Shown: positions 14,454 through 41,394 of the stretch, piece by piece | Position numbering within the stretch: the first letter of the stretch is position 1 | How the letters are laid out: each line of letters starts with the position of its first letter | From: Tubiluchus corallicola | Lineage: Eukaryota > Animalia > Priapulida | Direction: 5' to 3' | NCBI GenBank assembly: GCA_030141605.1 | Contig: JAQGDQ010000075.1 | Coordinates: forward strand, 620,001-684,000 | Length of the DNA stretch: 64,000 nucleotides | Translations under genes and position numbers: made by a program | The notes under the pieces: generated by a model | What the model was told of the DNA's origin: nothing | Seen by the model: only the letters and a program-made list of their open reading frames with translations | The model's database searches: none

Positions 14454-14621
14454 CCTCATGTGTTTATTTCCTGCACTAAATAGTTGAAATCAGTCACTAC
14501 AGATTTCTCATCTTGTATTCAGTCGAACATTTCTGTGATTAGTGATCTAATGAGTTCATAATAACATTGAATTTGCTAATTTCTTATTAATTTTTTGTGA
14601 TGTGATTTGCTTTCTTATTTA

Positions 14622-14950
14622 TGTTGCACACGAGGCAGGATTCTGCAACAACTTTGTCTGATACAAAACTTTTGCTCCATAACTGCTGGTTTACCACGTT
14701 TGTGTCACATAGATTTTTATTAACCGTGCTTAATTTTTTGTCTGAAACAAACTCCTGTTCCTGTATGCATGCTCTGCTCAACAATTTCTATCATTCAAAC
14801 CAAATCCTCCAACAATAAAAAGAAATCATTTTGTTACGTGTCATTTAGTTAATGTCTAGTGAGGTTACCCAAGCCAGTATTGCTTCATACAAAAATTAGT
14901 CATTAATGTGTAAGACGGTTTGTGTCACACAATTGCTGCCGTGTGTGACT
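14622..14950. mobile_element. MITE, family copy 1, just downstream of the LIG3 stop codon
   Basis: Termini CACACGAGGCA and TGCCGTGTGTG; colinear similarity with 40271-40552 (e.g. GATTTTTATTAA.CGTGCTTAATTTT.TGTCT, GCTTCATACAAAA). Confidence 0.65.
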
Positions 14951-15156
14951 GGTATTGCTCTGGGAATGGCAGAGAGTTAGCTTTATATCACATACTTAGC
15001 TTGAATTACATAGTGCCAGCCGGCAGTATCTGGGTGCCATTTAACATGTAATTATATGCCACTTTCAATATTTGGTCAGGCCAAGTGAAATGATGTGTAC
15101 TCGTTAGGGACCAGGGATCCACTCATCCCATTGCTCTTTGGGCTTGGCTTGCTTAT

Positions 15157-15168
15157 ATTCTCTCTCCC

Positions 15169-15243
<75 letters not shown>

Positions 15244-15290
15244 CTTTCTCTCCTCTCTCTCTCCTTTCCTCTCCTCTCCTCTTCTCTATA
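15157..15290. repeat. (CT)n microsatellite
   Basis: Visible dinucleotide repeat. Confidence 0.95.
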
Positions 15291-16661
15291 GATGAAAGGA
15301 AGGTTGCTTAGGTTGCTTTATTAGTTTTCTTCCTATTTATCAAGAGTTACTCATTGGTAATAAGGTTTATTACTGTAAAATGTAACTTATATTCTATAAC
15401 ACTGTCAGCATAGTGAAAAGGTTTTTATAAGTTTTGTATTTATATAATATTTAAATACCTTGTTGTAATTTGTATTAATTACTAGAAGAGTATTGTAATT
15501 AGAGTAGGCAGGTAACAGGTCTTTGTACTTATACAGAAAAATGGTCAAACTTGAATGAAGTTTTATTTTGCTGTTTTACAGTGTTGATTTTTGTGGCACT
15601 GTGAAGTGGACGTTGCCAAGTGAAATAACCACTGTATGTGCAATGTGATTTGAAGGACGCTTATTTCTGTCTCATTTTCACTTCAGTTTCATCACTGATG
15701 CTTATCAGAAATATTTATGATATTGTGATCATGTATCTGATTGACTGACAATAAATAGTGAAGTACTAAAACATTTTTATTTCTGTGTATATTTATAATC
15801 GTACTTTATACCGAGTCCCAGGATTTCTGTTAAACTGTAGTGCAGATTGTGGATTTTTATACATACTGTAGCGTTTCTAAAGGCTTGCATAAGCGTGACT
15901 GTTATCACAAAAGTGCAAAGTTTAATAGTAAGCATTTGCATTAACATTACTAAAATAACATTATAATTATTATGACATTGTTGATCATGCATCACGCATT
16001 ACGTGCAGCAGACAAGAGTTTATAATCAGAAAGCGGTTATTATATAATGCTATACTGGTACATAATCCACCTACAAACATTTACATACATGCCTACATTA
16101 CAGGCCATTTAGAACATATTACAAATAAAACATCCATCATTATGGCAGGATACTTTTAGCATACAACTATACGTGATAACTTATAACGAAAAGTGTAAGA
16201 CGTCGTTTGTCAAGTTAGTTGTTAGCAATTAACAGTTGTAGTGGTGGCTAAACATTTTCGTGTATCATTTTCTGTGTAATAGACTGTTAATAAATATAGT
16301 ACGAAATAACTGAGCACAAAGAATAATGGACTGAAGTTGTAAATAGCTGAGTTGTCACGATTAATTTACATGATTCGTGCAGCTTGCGTTGATTAATGAC
16401 GAGATCACATTATTTGAGCACAAAAAAAGAATCTTTATACATTGAAAATAGCTTTAATGATGTGAATTACAAATAATAATACTCCAACAGTGAAGACATG
16501 TGAAAAGCACGTCATTCTGGTACATTACTGTTTACTGTCTTCAAATGAAAAAAGCAAAACAAAATATTGTCACTGCTTTAATCAGATTGACACATATAAT
16601 TTTGCTAGACCACTCAAAGAAAAATAAATTAACGATAGATGTATAATGTAGTCCACTTGAT

Positions 16662-30489
<13,828 letters not shown>

Positions 30490-31859
30490 CGTTGTGGAGT
30501 CGCTCTTCCTTCACTGTAGTAAATAAACAAACAAACAAACAAACAAGTACCAACTAATCGGCGGGAATCAATATGCCTTTCGATGTCAAGCTCGCATCAA
30601 TTCTGACTGAGCAACTTCTGAGTTTCCACTATTATGAGAACTACCTCAAACACTTAATATGTTCCAGTCTAATAATTTAAAGCCTGCGATCTTGTGCATT
30701 TGATCTAAGCCATAAATCGTCTCTGATAACATTTATTCCTTTGTATTGTCTAATTTTCCTGACATCATCATAATCCGCCCTAATGAGATTTAGCTAAACA
30801 CCAGACCTAAATAAAAGCGATTACAGTAGCACGTTAATAAGTCAAGGTCTGAAAGGCCAAGGCCAATTATCTGTAGAAAGACCCAAAACACACGTAACAC
30901 AAGTAGGCGTAATTAAGTTTTGCATTTCGGTCCATTATTCTTAGGCCATCGTCGCAATGAATGCCTAGACAAAAATAACAAATTGCAAGGGGAACAATAT
31001 ATGAAACGCCAATAAAAACTGAAAAGAGTAGGATTAAAATAAAAGAAAAGCTGGAAAATATTTTTAACAAGTGATCAGGATAGTTTCAGTAATTAGGCTA
31101 TTTTTACTTTGCAGCACTGCTCAATGTTAATATGGGAAAGTTTAATTATATTTACTTGTTTTATGTGGGCGTCACGTCCGGCTCTACCAGTAGACGTACT
31201 AAGCAGTTAATTAGGTCGTCAATTTTTTTGGGGGCGGGGGGGGGGGGCACCAAATTCTGGAAGTATTCCATAATTTTTAAGTTTACTAGGAGTAATAACA
31301 CTTTGTACTTTTGCTTTATGCGGTTTCCTAAGATTACATAATTTCACGCAGACATTACTGACGCGTTACCCAGCCTTTGCCCACAGTTTCTATATAAGTG
31401 CTTATAGAATGACCCTCTCGTTACTAAAAAATTTCTTACAGTAGCATTTATTTAACTAGGCAGATAAACCTATAAGTATCGAAATCTTCATGAAGGAATA
31501 CAGGAAACGAAGGCTGGCTAGTCATAAAAATGCAGTGGGCTCAAAAATTCAATTTCAAATTCAATCAGCGCAAGCTGTAGATATGTAGTTAACTACACTT
31601 ATTAGTACAACATAATTCACGCATAAGCCCTACACCCAGGTATCATTATACTTTACTATAATGTTATAGAAGAAAAATTCAATATTGTGAGCATGGTGGA
31701 GACCGTCGGGAAGAGGTTGGCAGTTGAGGAGGGGCGTCAAACTACCTAGAGCCGGCTCTGGTGGGCGTTGGTTTTCCATAAATGATTAAGTTGCGGTTTC
31801 CCCCACAGATGTCAATTACAATCATTTATTGTGGGTTTTTCGTCAGACAGTAGCTTGAA

Positions 31860-32050
31860 TACTCATGGTGCGTGATTAGTGAGTAAAGTTGAGCAAAACT
31901 GGGATTGGTTGGTAAATGGATGGGCGACCAGAAAAATATTTTCTGTACTGCCTCGGCTGTTTATCTCGCAGATTTGTAGATATCTGAATGTGGCTGAATC
32001 ACCTTAGTGGATTATCACTGATAACTGGAATGATTCCGTTCTGGCACAAA
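31860..32050 (+). mobile_element. 5S-rRNA-derived SINE-like copy
   Basis: AAAGTTGAGCAAAACTGGGATTGGTTGGTAAATGGATGGGCGACC resembles the 5S internal promoter (A-box AGYTAAGC ... C-box TGGATGGG.GACC). Confidence 0.4.
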
Positions 32051-33132
32051 TTCACACTCCACTCAGCGTTAGATTCCCTACTGCTCTTGATTTCCTAACC
32101 TTGACAACGAAATTCTGTTCCCCAAGCGCAACAGTACAAAGAGATCTTTATAAAAAAGTTTATAATAACAACTTGGTCTGTTAACTTGAATACTTCTTTC
32201 ATAACTTTGATTTCCTTACTGTTAGTTTGAAATGGCGTACACAAATTGGATGTTTATATGGCGTATCGGAGTTTATGAAAGCTGGAAGGTCTCTTAACAA
32301 ATATTATGTAGGACTCCCATCACACAGAGCTTTGTTATGTCCATAATTTGCTTAGCCTTGCTGCCCTACCTGCGGTTAGTAGTATCATCTCATCATTGTC
32401 TGCTACGGGTAAGTGGCACACTTCCTGGAATAAGTGCCGTCCATTATCAGCTAAATTAGCGTTTATCATAATAAGATCAGCTTATTGGGATCTATTTTAT
32501 TATTTCTGAACCAAATGCGTTTTCATTTAGGAAGTATATTAGCATTTTTCAATGTTATCAAGTAAATTTCTAGTATTACTTTTTGACTAGACATGAAACT
32601 TGAACATAAACTTGTAAAAATCACTAACGGAAAACAAAATTTGTAATTTATTAGAATGATACTTTTAATAAATATATATAAACTATAGAGCGAAGATGAG
32701 AGTTGCAAATGTAGACGTAATATATAAAACTAATGAGTTAAAATGTAAAAATGGTCAATATTCTACGATTAAGCACGTTTTGCACAAGGCGTCCATATAA
32801 AAATGTCGCAGCTTGTTTTCGCTATAATTGATAAATGTTTTTTTCATTTTGACAAAATTGAATAAAGTTTTCATGTAGCGTACACATTGCAAACATAATC
32901 AACATGTTACACAATCACCACCAATCAACGCTTTGCCACAGAAATGCAACGAAAAATCTGGGTTTTGCTATTTTGTCAGCGTATGTAGCCGTCGCTTCTA
33001 GACGAAGATAAGTTACGTATTGCCTATGAGCGTTTCATAAATAAAGAAAATGCTGTATTCGTTTTTATAATTTTGCCAGACCCCTTGAAGAAAAATAAAT
33101 TAACGATAGATGTATAATGTAGTCCACTTTAT

Positions 33133-35073
33133 TTAGCCAGCCACTGTAGTTGTTGTAGCACAGTAGAGAATGTAGGGGTTATAATTATTCCCTCCATATC
33201 CTCCACTGTGACTTCCACCTCCATATCCGTATCCAGATCCATATTGCAAACCATAATTTCTTCCTGAAGGTCTGTAAAAATATTGTTTACTTTTTCAGTA
33301 AGAAAAGGAATTTTTTAATTGTGTGTTCATGCAGAAATAATTTAATATGATAAAAAAACAACTAGAATGAGGAAAGAAAATGAATAAGAAAACGTGATGG
33401 TGGAAAAGCAAATGGATTGTGAGAGAAAGTGGAAAGGTCAAAGATAAAGTGATAAGAGTAAGAAAAGAAGTTAATAAAATAACAAACACATTTGTTAAGA
33501 ACTGAAATAGGTTTGAGGTCCTGACTAGAAGTTTTTAAACGCTGGCGCTTAAAAACACGTTTCAAAAAAAACTTGCTGCAGTATTCTAGTGATTATCACC
33601 AAAGTTCAAACTTTGAATGTTAGGTTATATACATATCTACATGTACAAATTTCAGTACTTGCGCACGATATTATTTCTGTCAAACTTACGCATAGGGCAA
33701 CCGGAAACGAGTTGGATACTGATGGTCTCCTGGATTCGCATTGAAAGGTGATCCATACTGACTATGGTATCTGTTCAGAACGCTGTACCGACGATAACCT
33801 GACCCGTACAATGGTGTGAATACGCACACTTGTTCCACAGTATTATCCCTATCTGGATAACCATGTTCTCCAGGACTGTTGTTTAAGGGTGATCCATACA
33901 GAGGGTGGTATCTGTTGAGAGGAGTGTAGCTTGGACCATGCCCGCCGTATCCGTGCCCAAAGTTCATGTGCGCATAACCCGCTGATCTTGCTTTAGGAAT
34001 TAGCGTAATCTGAAAATTCAGTTTTGTTTTTAACAATAATTTTCTTATCTTGTAATATAAATTTTGTCAAATCCCGGACTAGCAGTGCAGTATAATGTAC
34101 ATTGTTTAAATCCAGTCAATTGATGCAAAAATGTGTCATTTTTTAGTGTTTTACATTTTCATTCAGGATAACACTTAATTACAATATTAACTAAGAACTA
34201 GACTTCTCTTACATATTTTATTAATATAGATTATTAGTAAATTGGGCAGCAAGACATTATGCAGTCATATTAACCATCTTTAAAAAGAAATCATTGTAGC
34301 ATCTCAAAACTGACTTCGCAATAAGTTATTTAACTTTTGTGTTTTGTTTTACGTTTTCTAAAATAATAAACTTCGAACATTTTTCTAAAAACGCGTTAAA
34401 AGTTTTGCTTGGCAAGGCGATAAGTGATCATGATTTGTTCATCGGCCATCAACAGCTTTAGAAAGCTTTTCCACATTCTCGGTTTGTGGTTGTTGCCTTC
34501 TTAATTAGTAATTTAAGTTTTTGTTATATTTTGATTATCTGTTGTTATCGTTTTGATTTGCGGTGGCGAGTGGTATCCCTAGATTAGCTTCTTTTTCACG
34601 TCTTTGTATAGGTTGAATCCATGGTAAAAAGTATAGTTCAGTAATTTAAAAAGAAGTTCACTAAGGATTTACAACCATGGCTTGGACTGGCTCTCACATT
34701 AAATATAAATAGATCAAGGTAGAAAACTCATGTTTACTTACTTTATTCAAGTTAATTTAACGTTATGCTATACACGAATGGCCACATATACTATTTTGAC
34801 AGCAAATATATTTATTTGCTTTTCATTAATTCAGTTGAATTTCAACTTTTTATTTGAGTCCTGCAGCAATTACAAAAAAGGTTCGAAGAAAAATACAGTT
34901 AAAACATACCGGATTGCTGCATTAGATGCGAAGCGCTGTTAAAAAGAGTGTCGTTCATTATTAAATACAACCCTACTAATCATCTTTATTAATTAACGCT
35001 ATCATACCAGTATGAGAGACGAAGCGAGAATACTAGTGTAGGATCCAGAAATTTTGGCACCAAGAAGCAACAT
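33133..35073 (-). CDS. Secreted Gly/Tyr/His-rich protein, copy A, 174 aa; exons 35073-35008, 34009-33690, 33271-33133
   Basis: MLLLGAKISGSYTSILASSLIL|ITLIPKARSAGYAHMNFGHGYGGHGPSYTPLNRYHPLYGSP...YPTRFRLPYA|PSGRNYGLQYGSGYGYGGGSHSGGYGGNNYNPYILYCATTTTVAG*. Canonical splice sites; many differences from copy B are synonymous. The first exon is the least certain part. Confidence 0.85.
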
Positions 35074-37473
35074 CGTCTTGTCCTCTTTATATCTTTCCCT
35101 TACTCAATAATGATAGTACACTGAAGTGAAAACTACCAGAGGTAAGGCACCTCTGAAACCCTAACACAAATGCCATTGCAGAAAGAATCGCGTCCATTTT
35201 CAGGGTAAAAAATTTGGGTCAGTCAGGTTACGGTCAATATCAATGAGAACCCCAAGTTCATATGGCGCATCCATTGACCATTATTTTTTCATTACAAATC
35301 CACACTTAGATCTGTATCAAACTCATGTAACAGTTGTGGACACAAATTCTTTTCTGGGAAACGAGAAAGAAACATAACTCTTCTTTATATGGCCACTTTC
35401 ACGAAAGAAAATATTGGAAACTCCCCAAGGGTCGAGCTCCCATGTTTTTGTTGTAACATTTTTATTGTATTTGTGAACATGCACAGAGCTTCAATTCATT
35501 AAGTCACACAAAGAAAATCTCATTTGTAAACACTGTTCCTGAGTTAATTGCCTGGAAAGTAATTTTGCCACTTGGTTAAACGCATGTACAAGTATGTCCG
35601 TTGCACCAGTAATATGTTGCTTTTCCTGGAACATTGTATACTTGCTGTATGCCTTTTTCTTTTCGTTTAGGCGTTTTACTGTGATCATTACAGTGGTATG
35701 TTATACATTTAAATATTTTTTGCCTCATACGTCAGAGAGTTCATTAAATTTTGTTAAATCATGCAGCAATGTCAACAAAATGAACGGTTTATAGTTTTCA
35801 AACGCAACAAAAAGAACGGTTTACAGATTTTAAATGCAATATAGTGCAAATAAAACTATACGAAAGTTGTTGTATAATTGTAGAATTGTAGGTTTTGTCA
35901 TCATTGTCACTCCTGCCACGGCCGCTGTCGCCACTCATTTACCGTCGTCATGTTGGTTTTACTTAAATTTTATTTTGAATTATGGCACTCTAAAAAGGAT
36001 AAAATCGTCAGATACTATAATTGTTGGTTCTTAAAGGAAACATTAACGTAAGTTTCAATCCTGTTGCATCTATTTTCACACTAAAATGTTACTTGGGCAA
36101 AAACAAAATTTATTATATTTATTCACCCTCACTGTATAGATCCTTTGAAGCGATTTCAATTGTTTAAATTGGCGTATTATAACTATTTAGTTACATTTTA
36201 TTGTTGCACGTTTTATCCCTATACTAATTTTGACATTGAACTGGTAGCTGGCAAAAATTTTTACTTTGTAAATGAAATTATTAATTTGAACTTCAGGGCG
36301 GTTTTGTTTGCAGGTGGGTACAGAAAAGTGGTGTTATCGCGTTATTTAAATTTATCTAAAGTAAAAAAGCGAATATCGTTGATCACTGATCAGTTATCAT
36401 TGCTTAGTTAACATAGTTGTAACAACCGTAAAGTCCATCATAATACGATGATATTATTAGATGCCTCAGTAGAATCGATGACTTTTCTAATCATAAACTA
36501 GCAAAAAATAGTTCTATTTGTTTGATAAAAGTTTCCCCTTCAGTATGACTTTAAACCACTAGTTTGGTGAAGTGGAAAGCCCTATGCTCCTAATAACGCC
36601 TTCGTTTGACTCATATTGAATATAAGCGCACGTTCAGATGTTTTTTCTTTCAAGTGGTCCAGTCGTCCAAGTGGCAATCTACTTTTAAGTGATCTATATT
36701 TGATTGGTCTATTTTTTTAAATGGTTGCCTTTAGAGTCCTATACAAACAATGAGTTAATCAAAAGAAAATGATCTGAAGAGACTGGTCGTGCTGTGTACA
36801 CGCAGTGTGAACCCGACCTAATATCAGTTACTATTGCTATTTTGCATTAACTATTTTGTGAAATCAAACGATTCCTTTAATGTCATCGCATAGACCATGA
36901 GCGAATGATTAATAACTATCTATATTCTCTGTATATGTCCTCTGACCTCTCCATACGGAACGCAATCACTCTGCTCCGTCTCCCAAAGGTCTTGAGACCA
37001 CGGAATTTCATCAAGACGATTTCTAGCTCTCCCTGCCCTAAATTGCCATATTCAATTTACTGCATTCCGGCGCAGAGCTTTGGGACACCGACTGCTAATT
37101 CGTTATTATGATAATGTATGTCCCACGCGTCAAAACGTCTAATAAACTTGGACTGCACCCTTCCGCTACGCGCTATTCATTGCCATTTACACCAGACAAA
37201 TCTTGGGCTCAGTGTCATTCGCAAGTCATAATATATACAATAATTGTATTTCAGATGCAATTTGGGGCCAAGCCTTCCACCATTGTTTAAAGTCATAAGA
37301 CGGAGAGTTGACGAATGCGATGTTATTGACTGAACTTACAAGCTCATATCCCTAGTCAATTCCTTGTAATTTGTTTCATATTGAGCTCGAAATTGGCTTA
37401 CAAGTATCTAATCGTGGATAGTAACTGAGCCGAACAAATACAGATAAATTGAGACATCTGGAAGAATTCGTTT

Positions 37474-37820
37474 CCCAGCTTGCAATTTGGCATTGTGCGC
37501 AGAAGTTTTTTTGCTTTTTGCGAAACAAATTAGAAAATGTGCGGATTTTCATTCAATACACATAGCCTACTCCGGTGTACCAAAAATCTTGTCACAATAT
37601 TGGTACCGATATTGCCACAACATTGTAAAAAAAATTTGACAATATTTTTTTGCATATTGTGACAATGTTGTGCCGATATTGTCACAACATTGTCACAATA
37701 TGGAAAACCATTGACAAAAAATGTTGGTACATTGTTGTGGCAAGTCCACATTTCTATACTGTCCCAATATTTGCAAAAATATATTGACAACATTGTGCCA
37801 ATTTGCCGTGCAGCCTGGGT
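37474..37820. repeat. Element with internal CATTGTCACAA-type subrepeats in both orientations
   Basis: Multiple TTGTCACAATAT / ATTGTGACAA units; loose CCCAG...CTGGG termini. Confidence 0.45.
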
Positions 37821-38549
37821 ACAACTGGTGCACCTGAAACAGTTGTTGTGCTTCACCAACATGTTAAAAAAACAACCTTCAACAACACGCTCTTAGTAGT
37901 GCCATTATTTTACTCTTGCTAATATAAGCGTACATTCCGATATTTAATTTTTCAAGGTGTTTGAAAATTTCAAAAAGGTATTCAAAACTAACAAGACGAC
38001 TGAAAAGAACAAAGTGCTTCGTTTTCTCTGAGACTCACTAATAGTTCGGATATGGTTCCCTTCACAATTTTTTCTGGATATGGACCACGTACCCTTGGCT
38101 TCCCAAAACTAAAGCTGTACATATTACACCTTCTCCAGAATCAACTTTCAATTTACTATATTATTTATACTTTTTTTACTAATATATTATTCAACTTATA
38201 TATCAAAATTGAAATGTTAGTATTGTGACAAAGACTATGCTGCGACGTGAGATATTTATTTATGTTAATAAGAGTTATTATGTTAATATGTTTTGTTAAT
38301 TAGGAGTTGAAAAGAGTAAAAAGAAGGAGTAACGGAGTAAAAGAAAACATTGTTAAATTTTTTTTAGATTAAATTAGATTATATTCTTTTTCACAACACC
38401 TAAGTCAGAAATTACGTAAAAATGCACATAATTACAAGTAAACACAATTAATAATAGAATTTATTATTGATATATAGATTATACTACAATTACATACATA
38501 CAACAAAATACAAAACAGAGCTATTATAGTATAGCTATTAAAAGAATTT

Positions 38550-39520
38550 CGTCTTACTTGTTGGCTGTCACAGTGTTGACAGACTCTCATATTCACAGGG
38601 ACTTTATGTAGTTGGTACCGTCCTTTTCCTATTAGTAAGTTATGTGCACTTATTCGCAGCTTCGTGCGCTTTCAGATTTGTTATTAATAAAATGTAAATA
38701 GTTTTCTTGCTTAAATTCTGATTTAAACTTGCAATAGGTGCACAGTTCATTGTTTTCGTTATTATACCTGCCTATTTTTAAAATGTAATGTTATACTTCC
38801 AAAGATCGCTGTAGGCCGCTTATAGCTTAAATTTTACTGCACGAATGAACTGGACTTCATGCATCATGCGGTGGTTTTCTCAGAGATGTAAGAAACCAGT
38901 GTGATATAGGATGTTTTTTACAAAGGTTAGCCAGCATGACATGTTAGTATTAACAAAATTCAAGTTTTCTTGATAAGTTTGATATATTAGTGTGTTACTT
39001 GGGACTGATAATAGTCGTATCCAGTATTTTAGAATTTTTGGAATTATTTCAATATAAAATGGATAGCGACCCAATTCACCACGGACGGCATTATTGACAG
39101 TATTTCTTCCGACACCTAATGCGAACTTACAATATTTTATGCTTAATAATTCTGCTGGGATTGAGTCATAAACATTTTCTATGCAAATTATATTGTTAAC
39201 TGTAACTTTATGATTATTAAAAGAAAGCGCTGACCAGATTTCTGAAGCGCAGAGTGCTACTGGTTTAATTAAAGTGCCAAAAAGTTTAGTCAAAGTGTTA
39301 ACATTGGTGTTCAGGTTCCAAAATATTTGCCTAAATTTAAAGGGAGCATTCATTGCCTTATTATAAAGATCGTGTCTGGCTGTCCCGAAAAACGACTTCC
39401 ACTAAAATTTAGTCCTAAAACGTATAGTTTTGTACTGTACTACGTCTACTATGTCGCTGCCTAATCTGAAGAGAGGTTTAGTAATTTTATATCCTCCTTT
39501 ATTAAAAATTATTATGTTAG
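38550..39520 (-). mobile_element. LINE ORF2 remnant (RT thumb and C-terminal region)
   Basis: ORF 38880-39353: KLFGTLIKPVALCASEIW...YCKFALGV...NNAVRGELGRYP...ILKYWIRL; downstream TKLRISAHNLLIGKGRY at about 38605-38665; frameshifted. Confidence 0.75.
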
Positions 39521-40270
39521 TTTTTTTCTATATTTCACATAAATCATAATTACATGCACTTTTAATTACTATGGTTTAACTACATTAATTACTGTTTTTT
39601 GTTCTACAGAATGCATATCAACAAGGATGAAACGACAAGAGTTTGCATGTGCAGTTTTTCGACTCAATTTAAAACACTTTTCTAGCATACCACAGGCAGT
39701 TTCATAAGATCTTTTTAAATGTTTGGTAATCCGTAATTTCTTTTGTTTTACGGTTATACTCTAATAGTGTAGTTTCTCTCACACCTTTATCTACGTTTTC
39801 AGGTTCATTAATCTATCAAATTTATACAACTGTAATATATACTTGTTATTCAGCATCACCAACTTTCAGGAAATTTTATTTTCCTTTGCAAGTTTTAGCA
39901 CTAGATACAACTGAATGTGCAAAATGATGAAATAAATTTACCGCTATATTGTTTCTGAGAGGTAAAAATCTTTATTGAACTTCACACATCACATTTTTAC
40001 TCCATATTCATCGGGGTATTTGTGCGACAAAAACGTGTCTTGCTACTTGCTATATATGTGTAGTATTCATGGCTTGTTGAACTCAAGATTGCCAATCATG
40101 GAACTATTGTGATATTATTAGGTATAATGTTCACGTCTGGATCTCGTATTCACTAACCATTTATGCTTTATCACCGAAGACAAGACTGTATTCCTATATA
40201 CGCTAAGTCAAATAAGTTTTGAATTATTTTATTCTTGATTATGTACTGATTTTGTATTGACTGATCCCCG

Positions 40271-40552
40271 TTGCCTACGAGGCAAATTCTGTGTGCAACA
40301 ACTTGTGACACAGATTTTTGCTCCTGTGCCTGCTCGATAAACGCCGTTTTTCCGACTTTACAGCAAGCAGATTTTTTATTAAACGTGCTTAATTTTCTGT
40401 CTCACCCAAACTTGTCACTCGATATGATGCATCACACAAAACTATACAGATCAGACGAATAAAATGTAATCGATTTGTTACATGTCATCTAGTAAATGTT
40501 TATTGTTGTTACCTATGCAAAAGTAGCTTCATACAAAAGTCTGCCGTGTGCG
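40271..40552. mobile_element. MITE, family copy 2
   Basis: Colinear similarity with 14622-14950. Confidence 0.65.
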
Positions 40553-41263
40553 TGCGTGCAAATTTTGTGTGAAAGAGTTTGCGTCAGACATTCTGCTTTA
40601 CAGATTTTTGGCATGCAAAATTATAGTCCTTTTACGACGAAAATTATTCGGTAAATAGCGTTTTTACAAAGTTTTGTTTTCATTATTTGATTATAACGTT
40701 ATTACGTAGTTTAAACTACGTTTACAGATAGGGTGCACAATTGTTTTTGTTATTAACCCAACTATTGTCGCTATAACTCTATACTGATTTACGATTAAAA
40801 TCTACATACATTTGCCTGTTGTGTACATAGCTGCATTTGTGTGTGGCGCATATGTTACAGGCAAAGTGTGAAATAAGATGTTCTAAAACGCCCAGTCATT
40901 TTATAGAATGCCAAAATAAACCAGTAAAGTGTATAAATTAGTTCCTTTTACACTTTCCCTAGACACTATATACAATGCAAAGGTCCCTCTAGGCAAAGCG
41001 TGTAATTCTTAGATTTTAAGTATACCTTTCCTAGGCATCTTGTAGAATCTTGAATAAATTTTAGTTAATATAAAAATAAAACAAATGTTCAATTGTTCAA
41101 TTGTTCAACCTAATTTTCCTAGGCATTTTATATAATCTAATTTAATTTTAGGGAATGTGTGAAATTGAATTAAGTCATGTTTTAATGCACTTGCAAATTT
41201 ACGTGATTCGTAGGTTGGCTTTATCTCGTGACCAAGAATTCTGTCGTTTCTCTTCTGCGGTGG

Positions 41264-41394
<131 letters not shown>

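Noticed and set aside
15750-15781. Overlapping convergent polyA sites of LIG3 and copy B
   Set aside because: Opposed AATAAA hexamers are common in AT-rich DNA and both genes have closer candidate signals.
35270-35360. Alternative signal exon for Gly/Tyr protein copy A
   Set aside because: In-frame TAA after six codons and a poor donor; 35073-35008 fits better.
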